Assembly (NCBI GenBank): GCA_965215605.1
Contig: OZ244070.1
Location: 2,144,001 to 2,208,000, forward strand
Length of the DNA stretch: 64,000 nucleotides
Origin: an uncultured Candidatus Binatia bacterium
GTDB taxonomy: Bacteria > Desulfobacterota > Binatia > UBA9968 > JAJDTQ01
Reading direction: 5' to 3'
In this document: positions 10,043 through 18,480 of the stretch, one piece after another
Numbering within the stretch: the stretch's first letter is position 1
How the letters are laid out: each line of letters starts with the position of its first letter
Translations under genes and position numbers: made by a program
The notes under the pieces: model-generated
What the model saw: the letters and a program-made list of their open reading frames with translations, nothing else
Told to the model about the DNA's origin: nothing
Databases searched by the model: none

Positions 10043-10858
10043 TCAGAAGCTCCCGGGCAGCGGTTTGGGCGTCCCGGGAAACAAGCCGTGCTTGTCGAGG
10101 AACTCGATCATGAAGCGGTTGAACAGCCAGGGCTGCTCGATCTGGCAGGCATGCCCGGCTCCGGGCAGCACCTTCATTTCGCAGCCCGGTATCCGCTCCT
10201 GCAGCGCGGCCGCGGTGGGATGGGAGTTGTCCTCGCTGCCGCTCAGGATGGTGACCGGACAGGAGATGTTGGAGTGGTGGCCGTCGGGTTCCGGCGCCTG
10301 CATCGCCCGGAACTGGCGGAGGATGGTATCGACGTCCGCGAAGTCGTTGCGTTCCGCGAAGAGGTTGGCGAAGAAGTGCGCCATCGGCGTCGTGCGAAAT
10401 GCAGGACTCAGATCCTCGAACGTATACGCCCAGCGATAGCCGATGCCCTTGGCGCCGTATGCGGCGATGCGCCGGGCGGCGAACGCTTTCTCGGGCGTGT
10501 AGCCCGTTCCCGACAGGATCATCGCCGCTGTCCGGTCGGGACGCCGGTGATACATGTACGGAGCCAGGGAAGATCCCACCGAACAGCCCACCAGGATGGC
10601 GGTCTCGCCCGGCAGCGCGTCGTCGATGGCTTCCCAGCACCCGTCCGCCATGTCGTCCATGGTCAGCCCCTCCGCGGCCTTGGGCGACCGGCCATACCCC
10701 GGAATGTCAATGGCGATGCACCGGTACCACGTTGACAGGTGCGCCATCTGGAAGATCCAGCACGACTGGTCCATGGGGTTGGGATGGACGAACGCCATCA
10801 CGGGGCCGGTGCGGCCCATGCGCTCGTAGTAGAGGGGTCCTGCGATGTGGTTGGCCAT
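10043..10858 (-). CDS. Alpha/beta hydrolase
   Basis: DIPGYGRS, GCSVG nucleophile elbow, GSED, GAGH. Confidence 0.85.
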   Translation of the reverse strand: MANHIAGPLYYERMGRTGPVMAFVHPNPMDQSCWIFQMAHLSTWYRCIAIDIPGYGRSPKAAEGLTMDDMADGCWEAIDDALPGETAILVGCSVGSSLAPYMYHRRPDRTAAMILSGTGYTPEKAFAARRIAAYGAKGIGYRWAYTFEDLSPAFRTTPMAHFFANLFAERNDFADVDTILRQFRAMQAPEPDGHHSNISCPVTILSGSEDNSHPTAAALQERIPGCEMKVLPGAGHACQIEQPWLFNRFMIEFLDKHGLFPGTPKPLPGSF

Positions 10859-10902
10859 GGTGAGTCTCCTTCTGTATGGTTCGTGCCTTGGTTGATTTTC
10901 AT

Positions 10903-10926
10903 TGACTAGTCATATAGCCTGGTCAT
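10903..10926 (+). promoter_or_regulatory. Putative TA operator/promoter
   Basis: Palindrome tgactagtca plus degenerate copy gcctggtca immediately before the antitoxin ATG. Confidence 0.45.
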
Positions 10927-11175
10927 ATGAGAGAAATCAATGCCTCGGAATTCAAGGCAAAATGCTTGGCCATCCTCGATGAAGTCGTACAGACAGGACA
11001 GGCGGTTACGATCCTGAAACGCGGCAAGCCGGTCGCCCAGCTTGTCCCGCCGGTCCCCAGGCAGCACCGCTATCCGCAGCATGCGCTCTTTGGAACGGTG
11101 GAGATACACGGAGACATCGTGGGGCCGGTCCTGGATGCCGACGTCTGGGAAGCCGAGGCGGGGAAGACGCGGTGA
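10927..11175 (+). CDS. Phd/YefM family antitoxin
   Basis: INASEFKAKCLAILDEV..VTILKRGKPVAQLVP. Confidence 0.9.
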   Translation: MREINASEFKAKCLAILDEVVQTGQAVTILKRGKPVAQLVPPVPRQHRYPQHALFGTVEIHGDIVGPVLDADVWEAEAGKTR

Positions 11176-11567
11176 AGGCGCTCCTCGATACACACATTCT
11201 GATTGACTGGATGGGCGCGGACCGCAGTCTTTCGTCGGAGCAGGAGGAAGTCCTTCGACAGGCCGGTCCCGAGAATCCGCTGTGGGTTTCCGACATCACC
11301 CTGTGGGAGATTGCCACGTTGTACAATCTCAAGCGGCTCTCGTTTCATTTGCCGCTGAGGGAGTGGCTCGAGGCCGCCACCGCGCCACCCTTGGTGCAGC
11401 GGGTCGGCATCTCACCCGCTGTTGCAGCGGTGGTGGCCGCCCTTCCCGCCGCCTTTCATCGGGACCCTGCCGACCGGGTCATCGTCGCCTCGGCGCAGCT
11501 TCTTGGCGCAACGGTGCTGACACGCGACGCGCGAATCATCCAATCCGGCGTCGTGCCGACGCTGTAG
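11172..11567 (+). CDS. vapC: VapC family PIN toxin
   Basis: LLDTH, SDITLWEIA, HRDPADRVIVA, TRD; GTGA overlap with antitoxin. Confidence 0.9.
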   Translation: MKALLDTHILIDWMGADRSLSSEQEEVLRQAGPENPLWVSDITLWEIATLYNLKRLSFHLPLREWLEAATAPPLVQRVGISPAVAAVVAALPAAFHRDPADRVIVASAQLLGATVLTRDARIIQSGVVPTL

Positions 11568-11601
11568 GCGCCTCATCGTTCAACGGGGCCGGCCATTCGC
11601 A

Positions 11602-14600
11602 ATGAAACGGACAGACGAATTCTTCGAACTCAGCGCCACCGACCTGGTTGCGTACCTCAATTGCCGCCACCTTTCCGAACTGGAGTCTGCCGCGGCAGAA
11701 GGTGTGCTGGCGAGGCCCGAGATATGGGATCCGTATCGCCAGATCCTTAGAGAACGGGGCGCGGCGCACGAGGAAGGGTACGTAGCGCATCTGACCGGGG
11801 AAGGTCTGGACGTCGTGCGCATCGAGGGCGTCGAAATATCCAATCAAGCAGTCTCCGACACGCTTGCGGCCATGAAGGATGGCGTCGAGGTCATCGTTCA
11901 GGGCGCTCTCTCCCACGATCACTGGGTTGGACGTGCCGATATCCTGCGCCGCGTCGAGGGCGCAAGCCGCTTCGGGTCCTGGTCGTACGAGGTGATGGAC
12001 ACCAAGCTCGCGCGGGAAACGAAGGCCGGGACGGTGCTCCAGCTCTGCGTCTATTCCGATCTGCTGGAGAAAGCCCAAGGCACAACGCCCGAATACATGC
12101 ATGTGGTCGTACCGTGGTCGGATTTCGAGCCCCGGAGTTATCGGCTCGCCGACTACGCCGCCTATTTTCGCAAGGTACGACGTGGGTTGTTGGCGGCCAT
12201 GGCACAACGCGGGACGCCAGCGACCTATCCCGAGCCGGTGGAACATTGCGACCTGTGCAGGTGGCGGGAGGCTTGCGACAAGCGCCGTCGCGACGACGAT
12301 CACCTCTGTCTCGTGGCGGGAATCTCGAAGCTGCAGATCAACGAGTTGAAGCAGCGCGACGTGACAACGTTGCGGCGCCTGGCCGGTATGCCCCTTCGGT
12401 TGGACTGGAAGCCGGACCGAGGGTCCCCGGAAGCCTACGGGCGCGTCCGCGAGCAGGCACGGGTTCAGTTCGAGTCCCGCGAGACCGGCGAGAAGACCTT
12501 CGAGCTGCTTCCGGTGGAGAAGGGCTTCGGCCTCTCTTTGCTCCCGGAACCGTCGGACGGCGACATCTTCTTCGACCTGGAAGGCGATCCGTTCGTGGGT
12601 GAGCACGGCCTTGAATATCTGTTCGGCTACGTGTCGATGAGCGACGCCGGCGAGCCCGTGTACCGCGGCGAATGGGCACTCTCGCGAACCGAAGAGAAAC
12701 GGGCCTTGGAGAATTTCGTCGACGTCGTCATGGACCGCTGGGAACAGTTCCCGGACATGCACGTCTACCACTACGCTTCCTACGAGCCGACGGCCTTGAA
12801 ACGTCTGATGGGCCGTTACGCCACCCGGCAGGAGGAGATCGACCGGATGCTTCGCGCCGGACTGTTCGTCGATCTCTACCAAGTCGTGCGGCGCGGCATA
12901 CGGGCCGGCGTGGAGAGCTACTCCATCAAGAGGTTGGAGCCGTTCTATGGATTCGAGCGCCAAAAGGCGTTGGCCGATGCGAATGCAGCCCTGGTGAGTC
13001 TTCAGGCGACCCTCGAACTTGACGATGCGCCCTCCGTGCCGGACCAGGTCAAGGCCACGGTGCTGGCGTACAACAAGGATGATTGCCTTTCCGCCTTCGA
13101 GCTACGCCAATGGCTCGAAACGCAACGTGGTGAGCTCGTGGCGGCCGGTACGGACGTACCCCGCCCGCAACCGGGAGAGCCGGACCCGAACGTAGGGATC
13201 ACCGACTGGCAGATCAAGACCGCCGCGTTGGTGGACAAGCTGACCGCGGACGTCCCCGTTGAACCGGAGGAGCGGGAAGAGGAGCAGCAGGCCCGCTGGA
13301 TATTGGCCCATGTCCTCGACTGGCACCGCAGAGAAGAAAAGGCCGTGTGGTGGGAGTATTTCCGGCTTGCCGGCCTTTCGGTGGAGGATCTTCTCGACGA
13401 GCGTGCCGGACTGTCGGGGCTGACCTTCGTCCACGAGGTCCCTGCAAGCGGAAGGCTGCCCGTACATCGATACCGGTTTCCGGCACAGGAGACCGAGTTG
13501 CGTGGCGGTGAAGATCTCCGTAGCGCGGGCGGGGAGCAACTCGGCTCGGTCGAAGCGATCTCGTCCGATGACTGCACCGTCGATATCAGGAAGCGGAAGG
13601 ACAGCATCGTCACGCACCCCGAAGCGGTCTTCGCCCATCTGTATGTCAATACGCAGGTCCAGAAAGAAGCGCTCTTGAGAATCGGGGAGTACGTGGCGGA
13701 GCACGGCATGCGTGGCGATGGGCCTTATCGGGCAGCGCGCGATCTCCTGCTCCGGGAAGTCCCCCGCGTCGGCGGGGAAGCGCTGCACCGTCAGGGGGAA
13801 ACGACGGTCCAGGCGGCTGTTCGGCTATGCAAGCATCTGACGTCCGGCATCCTTCCGATTCAGGGGCCGCCCGGGGCCGGGAAGACCTTTACCGGCGCGC
13901 GCATGATCTGCGAGCTGGTGCGGCAAGGCAAGACCGTGGGGGTTACGGCCAACAGCCACAAGGTCATCCGCAATCTGCTCGACGCAGCCCTGAACGCGGC
14001 CGAGGAAACCGGGGTGGACCTGCAATGCTGCCACAAGGCGGATGGAGCGGATAAACCCCGGGACGGTCTTTCTCTGGTCACGAAGAATCAGGACCTCTTC
14101 GACGCGCTTGAAGCCGGCGTATCCGTCGGCGGCGGCACCGCGTGGCTGTGGTCCCGCCCGGAGGCATTCGAGACGCTGGAGGTGCTGTTCGTCGATGAAG
14201 CCGCGCAAATGTCCCTTGCCAACGTCCTGGCCGTCTCGCAGGCGGCCAGGACCGTGGTGCTTATCGGCGATCCGCAGCAACTCGATCAGCCGACCCAGGG
14301 CGGTCATCCGGACGGCACCGGCGTGTCCGCCCTGGATCATATCCTGGCCGGCGACAAGACGCTGCCACCGGAGAAAGGACTGTTCCTGCAAGAGACCTGG
14401 CGGCTCCATCCCGACATCTCCGCATACACGTCCGAACTGTTCTATGAAGGCAAGCTCGGTTCAAGGGCCGGTCTCGATCAACAGGTTATCCACGCCAAGG
14501 GGCCGGTGAGCGGCTCCGGCCTGCGCTACCTGCCGGTTGAGCACCACGGCAATCAAAACTGTTCCCCGGAAGAGGCGGAAGTCATCGGCGCGCTCGTGAA

Positions 14601-15045
14601 CGGCATTCTGGAGGGTGGTGCGACCTGGATCGACCGCGACGGCCGGGAAAGCCCCGTCAGGCTGAAGGACATCGTGATCATTACGCCGTACAACGCCCAG
14701 GTCTTCGAGATCCAGCGCGCCTGCCCGGAGGGGGCACGGGTCGGCACCGTGGACAAGTTCCAGGGCCAGGAGGCTCCCATCGCCATCTACTCCACCGCCA
14801 CGTCAAGCCACGCGGACGCGCCGCGGGGAATGGAGTTCCTCTACAGTCTCAACCGGCTCAATGTCGCCACGTCCAGGGCCAAATGCCTGTCGATCCTGGT
14901 GGCTTCGCCGCAACTCTTCGAAGCCGAATGCCGTACCCCGAGGCAGATGCAACTGGCCAACGCCTTCTGCCGCTACCTCGAAATGGCGGAACGGTGTCCG
15001 CAGCAGGCGCCTTCCGGGACGGTGGAGGTCCACGGAAGAGTATAG
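11602..15045 (+). CDS. TM0106 RecB-like nuclease + RNase H-like + Upf1/DNA2-like SF1 helicase
   Basis: SATDL..CRH, GRADIL..EVMDTKLA, FFDLEG, HYASYE, YSIK, YNKDDC; GPPGAGKT, DEAAQ, GDPQQL, TPYNAQ, VDKFQGQE, NRLNVATSRAK. Confidence 0.88.
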   Translation: MKRTDEFFELSATDLVAYLNCRHLSELESAAAEGVLARPEIWDPYRQILRERGAAHEEGYVAHLTGEGLDVVRIEGVEISNQAVSDTLAAMKDGVEVIVQGALSHDHWVGRADILRRVEGASRFGSWSYEVMDTKLARETKAGTVLQLCVYSDLLEKAQGTTPEYMHVVVPWSDFEPRSYRLADYAAYFRKVRRGLLAAMAQRGTPATYPEPVEHCDLCRWREACDKRRRDDDHLCLVAGISKLQINELKQRDVTTLRRLAGMPLRLDWKPDRGSPEAYGRVREQARVQFESRETGEKTFELLPVEKGFGLSLLPEPSDGDIFFDLEGDPFVGEHGLEYLFGYVSMSDAGEPVYRGEWALSRTEEKRALENFVDVVMDRWEQFPDMHVYHYASYEPTALKRLMGRYATRQEEIDRMLRAGLFVDLYQVVRRGIRAGVESYSIKRLEPFYGFERQKALADANAALVSLQATLELDDAPSVPDQVKATVLAYNKDDCLSAFELRQWLETQRGELVAAGTDVPRPQPGEPDPNVGITDWQIKTAALVDKLTADVPVEPEEREEEQQARWILAHVLDWHRREEKAVWWEYFRLAGLSVEDLLDERAGLSGLTFVHEVPASGRLPVHRYRFPAQETELRGGEDLRSAGGEQLGSVEAISSDDCTVDIRKRKDSIVTHPEAVFAHLYVNTQVQKEALLRIGEYVAEHGMRGDGPYRAARDLLLREVPRVGGEALHRQGETTVQAAVRLCKHLTSGILPIQGPPGAGKTFTGARMICELVRQGKTVGVTANSHKVIRNLLDAALNAAEETGVDLQCCHKADGADKPRDGLSLVTKNQDLFDALEAGVSVGGGTAWLWSRPEAFETLEVLFVDEAAQMSLANVLAVSQAARTVVLIGDPQQLDQPTQGGHPDGTGVSALDHILAGDKTLPPEKGLFLQETWRLHPDISAYTSELFYEGKLGSRAGLDQQVIHAKGPVSGSGLRYLPVEHHGNQNCSPEEAEVIGALVNGILEGGATWIDRDGRESPVRLKDIVIITPYNAQVFEIQRACPEGARVGTVDKFQGQEAPIAIYSTATSSHADAPRGMEFLYSLNRLNVATSRAKCLSILVASPQLFEAECRTPRQMQLANAFCRYLEMAERCPQQAPSGTVEVHGRV

Positions 15046-15159
15046 ATTGAGCCACAGGATGGCGGACGGCAAATGAAGAAGCGCCCCCACTTGCCGCCGC
15101 TCATGTCCGTTGTGCTCCGAATCGGGTCCTTACGTACTCCTTCGCATCCTCCTCCGACA

Positions 15160-15392
15160 GCCTCAGTGATGGCGTGTTGTTCGGCTCTGGGTGGGAGAGG
15201 CACTGTGCCATTCCGAACTTGATCAGGGCTGACACGTGGCATCTTCGTTCCATGGGTCAGGGTGTCAGCCCATCGGATGTATAACTCATTCAGTAAGGAA
15301 TAGAATACGTAACTCTGAGAATACGCCACGGTACGTAAGACGACTATCTCGCCGGTGCTGGTGCCGCTGAATTCCGGACGGGCCACCTTGTT
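15160..15392 (-). pseudogene. hsdS: Internal fragment of type I R-M specificity subunit
   Basis: KVARPEFSGTSTGEIVVLR...THGTKMPRVSPDQV..VPLPPRAEQHAI resembles an HsdS TRD end plus conserved helix; AT-richer DNA; no proper ends. Confidence 0.7.
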
Positions 15393-15589
15393 TCGCCCCA
15401 AAGGGCAAGCAGCATGGCGCCCTTCAAGACATAGCGCTCACGGTGCCGCGATTCTCCGAGGCGGTAGAGGAAGCGCTCTGCCGTGTATCGTTGCAACAGG
15501 GCCTCGAAGTTCTCGCCGGTTTTGCGGCTCCGATTCAGCAGCCTTGCACGTACCGACGCACCGACATTTCGGTATTCTCCAGGTGTCAT
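15344..15589 (-). pseudogene. abiEii: 3'-truncated AbiEii nucleotidyltransferase toxin
   Basis: NVGASVRARLLNRS...LLQRYTAERFLYRL...YVLKGAMLL; homology ends at about 15395; start overlaps abiEi stop. Confidence 0.82.
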
Positions 15590-16194
15590 AGCCGAAGCGC
15601 CTCCAGGTAGGGCCGTATGACAGTCCGCGCGCGGCACGCCTCAGCCGCGCGCACGATCTCATCCACCGTGGCTGCTCCCGAGCGCAAGACGTCGTGCAGC
15701 GCCTCCATCGCGATGTCCAGACCGAACTTGTTCCGATAGCGAAAGCAATCCACAACGGTCCGGGCGGGCGAGGTCATGAGAAACGGGACGCCCAAGGCCC
15801 AATGGCGGACCACGCCGTAGGTGAGCCCTGCACCTGAGAAACGGACGACTCGCATACGGGCGGGAGGATGCGCCGGTTTGCGCGCTTTCCGATCGAGGGC
15901 GACCCAAACTTCGTACGGCAACTGGGTGCCGATATCGTGAAAATGGAGCGCTGTGACCAGACACATGATGGCGTTCGGGACCGCCGCCGCCACCATGGCA
16001 AGGGTCTCGAGTTCGGTGGTTTCCACTTCCGAGAGTCTATAGAGGCCGTCCCCGAAGTTCTCCACGGACCCGTCGAACACGAGGTTTTGAAGACGACGAT
16101 GGGAAATGCCGAGGGGTGCGATGTCCCGAGGCCGGAAGAAAGCGCCGACTCCTGCTTCCCGCAATATGTCAAGAGTGTCGAGAGCGACGGGCAT
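15586..16194 (-). CDS. abiEi: Type IV TA antitoxin AbiEi family
   Basis: GLYRL winged-HTH end, CLVTALHFHDIGTQLP, TSPARTVVDCFRYRNKFGLDIAMEAL, IRPYLEAL. Confidence 0.88.
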   Translation of the reverse strand: MPVALDTLDILREAGVGAFFRPRDIAPLGISHRRLQNLVFDGSVENFGDGLYRLSEVETTELETLAMVAAAVPNAIMCLVTALHFHDIGTQLPYEVWVALDRKARKPAHPPARMRVVRFSGAGLTYGVVRHWALGVPFLMTSPARTVVDCFRYRNKFGLDIAMEALHDVLRSGAATVDEIVRAAEACRARTVIRPYLEALRL

Positions 16195-16207
16195 CCAACG
16201 ATGATAA

Positions 16208-16243
16208 CAAATGTCGGCACTTTAGTTCAAGTGCCGACATTTG
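16208..16243. promoter_or_regulatory. Perfect 15-bp inverted repeat (probable AbiEi operator or grdA terminator)
   Basis: caaatgtcggcactt-tagttc-aagtgccgacatttg, 13 bp upstream of the abiEi start. Confidence 0.65.
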
Positions 16244-16253
16244 ATGTCCTCGT

Positions 16254-16724
16254 CTACCCTGCCCGCATCCCCGCCAACGCCCCCACGATCGCGTCCGCTT
16301 CCAGCCCCATCTCCAGGATCTCGATGTTCTCGGCGTACTGGTCGGGGTCGATGGCGGCTTTCACGTTGGGCTCGAAGACGTGGTAGGCCGGGAGGCCGAG
16401 CTCCACGCCGGCGAGGGGGCCCGCGTAGGAGGGGTCGCCGGTCGTGACGGTCTCGAACTGGACCTGGCTGCTCTCGGTGGTGGGGGCGCCGAGCAGCACG
16501 ACGATGCCGTCCTTTCCGTATTCTTCAGCGAGTTCTTTTATTCGACCTTGATCCTCAAGGTCCATGGCCCCAGCGGCTGTTCAAACGAAGCACTGGGTGG
16601 CGGCGTACGCGACTTCGCCTCCCAGTCCCGCGATGGCCTGCTCGATGACCGGGGCGGGGACGCCGTCCCGCTCGCCGAGGATGATGAGCTTCTTGCCGTT
16701 GAGGGTGATGGGTTGTGCCGTCAT
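16254..16724 (-). CDS. grdA: Glycine/sarcosine/betaine reductase selenoprotein A (Sec at UGA 16583-16581)
   Basis: MTAQPITLNGKKLIILGERDGVP...TQCFV-U-TAAGAMDLEDQ...ETVTTGDPSYAGPLAGVELGL; CxxU motif; AAGGAG RBS; 156 aa. Confidence 0.93.
16544..16562 (-). promoter_or_regulatory. Bacterial SECIS-like hairpin
   Basis: gaccttga-GGA-tcaaggtc 8-bp perfect stem starting 18 nt after the UGA, with G at the loop start. Confidence 0.7.
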
Positions 16725-16807
16725 GAGAGTTCTCCTTGTTTGGTAGGGTCAAACCTTGAACTTGACTCTATTGGTGTAAAACTTCGTATGTTCGCGGGGG
16801 TTGAGAG

Positions 16808-18262
16808 CTACTGTCGCTTGTCGTTCCGCTCGATCAGCACCGACATGCCGTCCGTCAGCTCGGTCATCTGGCCGAGGAACAGGCTGGCGCGGGCCACCAG
16901 CATGCAGTTCCGGATGGCGCCCGCGGCCATCTCCCGGAGCGCGTGGGGCACGTACACGAAACCCGAGGCAATGTGCCCCTGGGTGGGGGCGTAGCCGCAC
17001 ACCCCCTTGGCGCGCGCAAAACCGGCGATGTCGCTCCGGTCGATCTCCTTGGCCATAGCCAGCATGGCGGCCATCATCTTGTAGTTCCGGGCGGCCACGT
17101 CGCCGGCCTTGGCGGACACCATGATGTCGGGGTTGTGCACCTCGGTCACCACCCGATCGAGCCGGTCGACGCCCCATTCTAGCCGCCGCAACGGCTCCAG
17201 GACAAGCTCCCGGAACTGCTTGTCGAGGGCGGCGCCGGCCTTGACGGGATGCCGTCCGACGGCTTGCAGGTTCACCACCGGGCTCTTGCCGTCGTCGCGG
17301 CCGATCCACACGGCCACCGCGGACAGCGCGTCTTCCAGCACCGGGATGCCTTGTTCGAGGTGGTATAGGGACTTCATCCCGAGCTTGGGAAGCGACCCGC
17401 CGCCCACCACGACCACGTTCTCGAACACGCCGCTGTCCACCAGCGAGGCACCGATGACCATGGCGGGAATGGGCGCGGCGCAGAAGTCCTTGATGTCGAT
17501 GCCGGTGCCGAGATCGCAGCCCGCGAACTCGGCGATGGCCTTGGCCATGTTGCCGCCGCCTCGCTGGTAGCGGTCGCCCACCGCCTCCTCCGAGCAGCTC
17601 AGCACCAGGTCGACGTCGCTCAGGTCAAGACCGTCTACGTGGTTCAGCAGCTCGTGCACGGACAGCGCGCCCGAAACCTTGCAGCAGAGGTTCTCCAGCA
17701 GAACTGTCGCCGAGAGCGCTTCGTCCTCGGAGTGGCCCGTCTTGACCACTCCCACGGGCGCGCCTTCGCCGCCGGCGAAGAGCGGCAGGGAATCGGCGGC
17801 CGCCAGTTCCTTGTCCAGTTGGGCGTCGTCCACAAGCGCCGGCGTGCGGGAGGCCAGCGGCGCCGTGAGCGGCGAGGCCGAGAGCGCGGGATGCATCTCC
17901 TCCCAGAACCGTTCCCGCAGCAGCACGTGCTTGAAGGGGTCCGCGCAGGCCAGCAGGGCGAGGAAACGCCGTTCCTCCATGATGTGCCCGAAAGGTGTGT
18001 CGGCGCCGTCGGCGTCGGCCAGCTTGTCGAACCAAGGCTGCTCCACTTCCCAGAGGCGGGCCGGCGCCTGGCTGCCGATGAACACCTGGTTGGGAAGGTA
18101 ACGGCACGCGTCGTCGTAACCCCACAGCCCCCGCGTCAGATCCGCCAGGAACTCCGGTTTGGCCTTGGCCTCCCGGAACGGCTTGGAGCCGTAACGGACC
18201 AGGCTCGGGGTGTGGGCGAGGGCGGTGGCGGCGCCCTTGATGACGGGTCGGTTCGTCGGCAT
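16808..18262 (-). CDS. grdC: Glycine/sarcosine/betaine reductase component C beta subunit
   Basis: PVIKGA..HTP, LLENLCCKVSG, CSEEAVGDRYQRGGGNMAKA, KLGM, EVHNPDI, GYAPTQGHI, SLFLGQMT. Confidence 0.9.
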   Translation of the reverse strand: MPTNRPVIKGAATALAHTPSLVRYGSKPFREAKAKPEFLADLTRGLWGYDDACRYLPNQVFIGSQAPARLWEVEQPWFDKLADADGADTPFGHIMEERRFLALLACADPFKHVLLRERFWEEMHPALSASPLTAPLASRTPALVDDAQLDKELAAADSLPLFAGGEGAPVGVVKTGHSEDEALSATVLLENLCCKVSGALSVHELLNHVDGLDLSDVDLVLSCSEEAVGDRYQRGGGNMAKAIAEFAGCDLGTGIDIKDFCAAPIPAMVIGASLVDSGVFENVVVVGGGSLPKLGMKSLYHLEQGIPVLEDALSAVAVWIGRDDGKSPVVNLQAVGRHPVKAGAALDKQFRELVLEPLRRLEWGVDRLDRVVTEVHNPDIMVSAKAGDVAARNYKMMAAMLAMAKEIDRSDIAGFARAKGVCGYAPTQGHIASGFVYVPHALREMAAGAIRNCMLVARASLFLGQMTELTDGMSVLIERNDKRQ

Positions 18263-18387
18263 GGAAGCGACCTTATAACGTCCGCGAAGGCCGGGCAAGG
18301 CTGCACGGCAACGCCGTCCCATGACCGTCATTCCGCGAAACAAGCTGTGTCAAAACCCCATCCGAGCGAGGCAACGACCCCCGAAAT

Positions 18388-18422
18388 CGTCCTTCCCGCG
18401 ACAGCTTGTCCCGACCCCGATC
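18388..18422 (+). repeat. REP-like intergenic element, copy related to 36713-36763
   Basis: cgtccttcccgcgacagcttgtcccgaccccgatc vs cgtcattcccgcgaaagcatgccctcgaccccgatc; partial copy at 18326-18340. Confidence 0.6.
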
Positions 18423-18480
18423 CCCCTCGACGCGCCGCCCTCCTTGTAATATGATCCGCGCATGTCGTGAGGAGGACACC

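Noticed and set aside
14973-15401. 142-aa intact gene
   Set aside because: Only the middle resembles HsdS; the ends run into abiEii and the antisense strand of the helicase.
16555-16752. grdA as a frameshifted pseudogene or a separate 65-aa ORF
   Set aside because: Both grdA halves are in one frame, separated only by UGA at the conserved Sec position.
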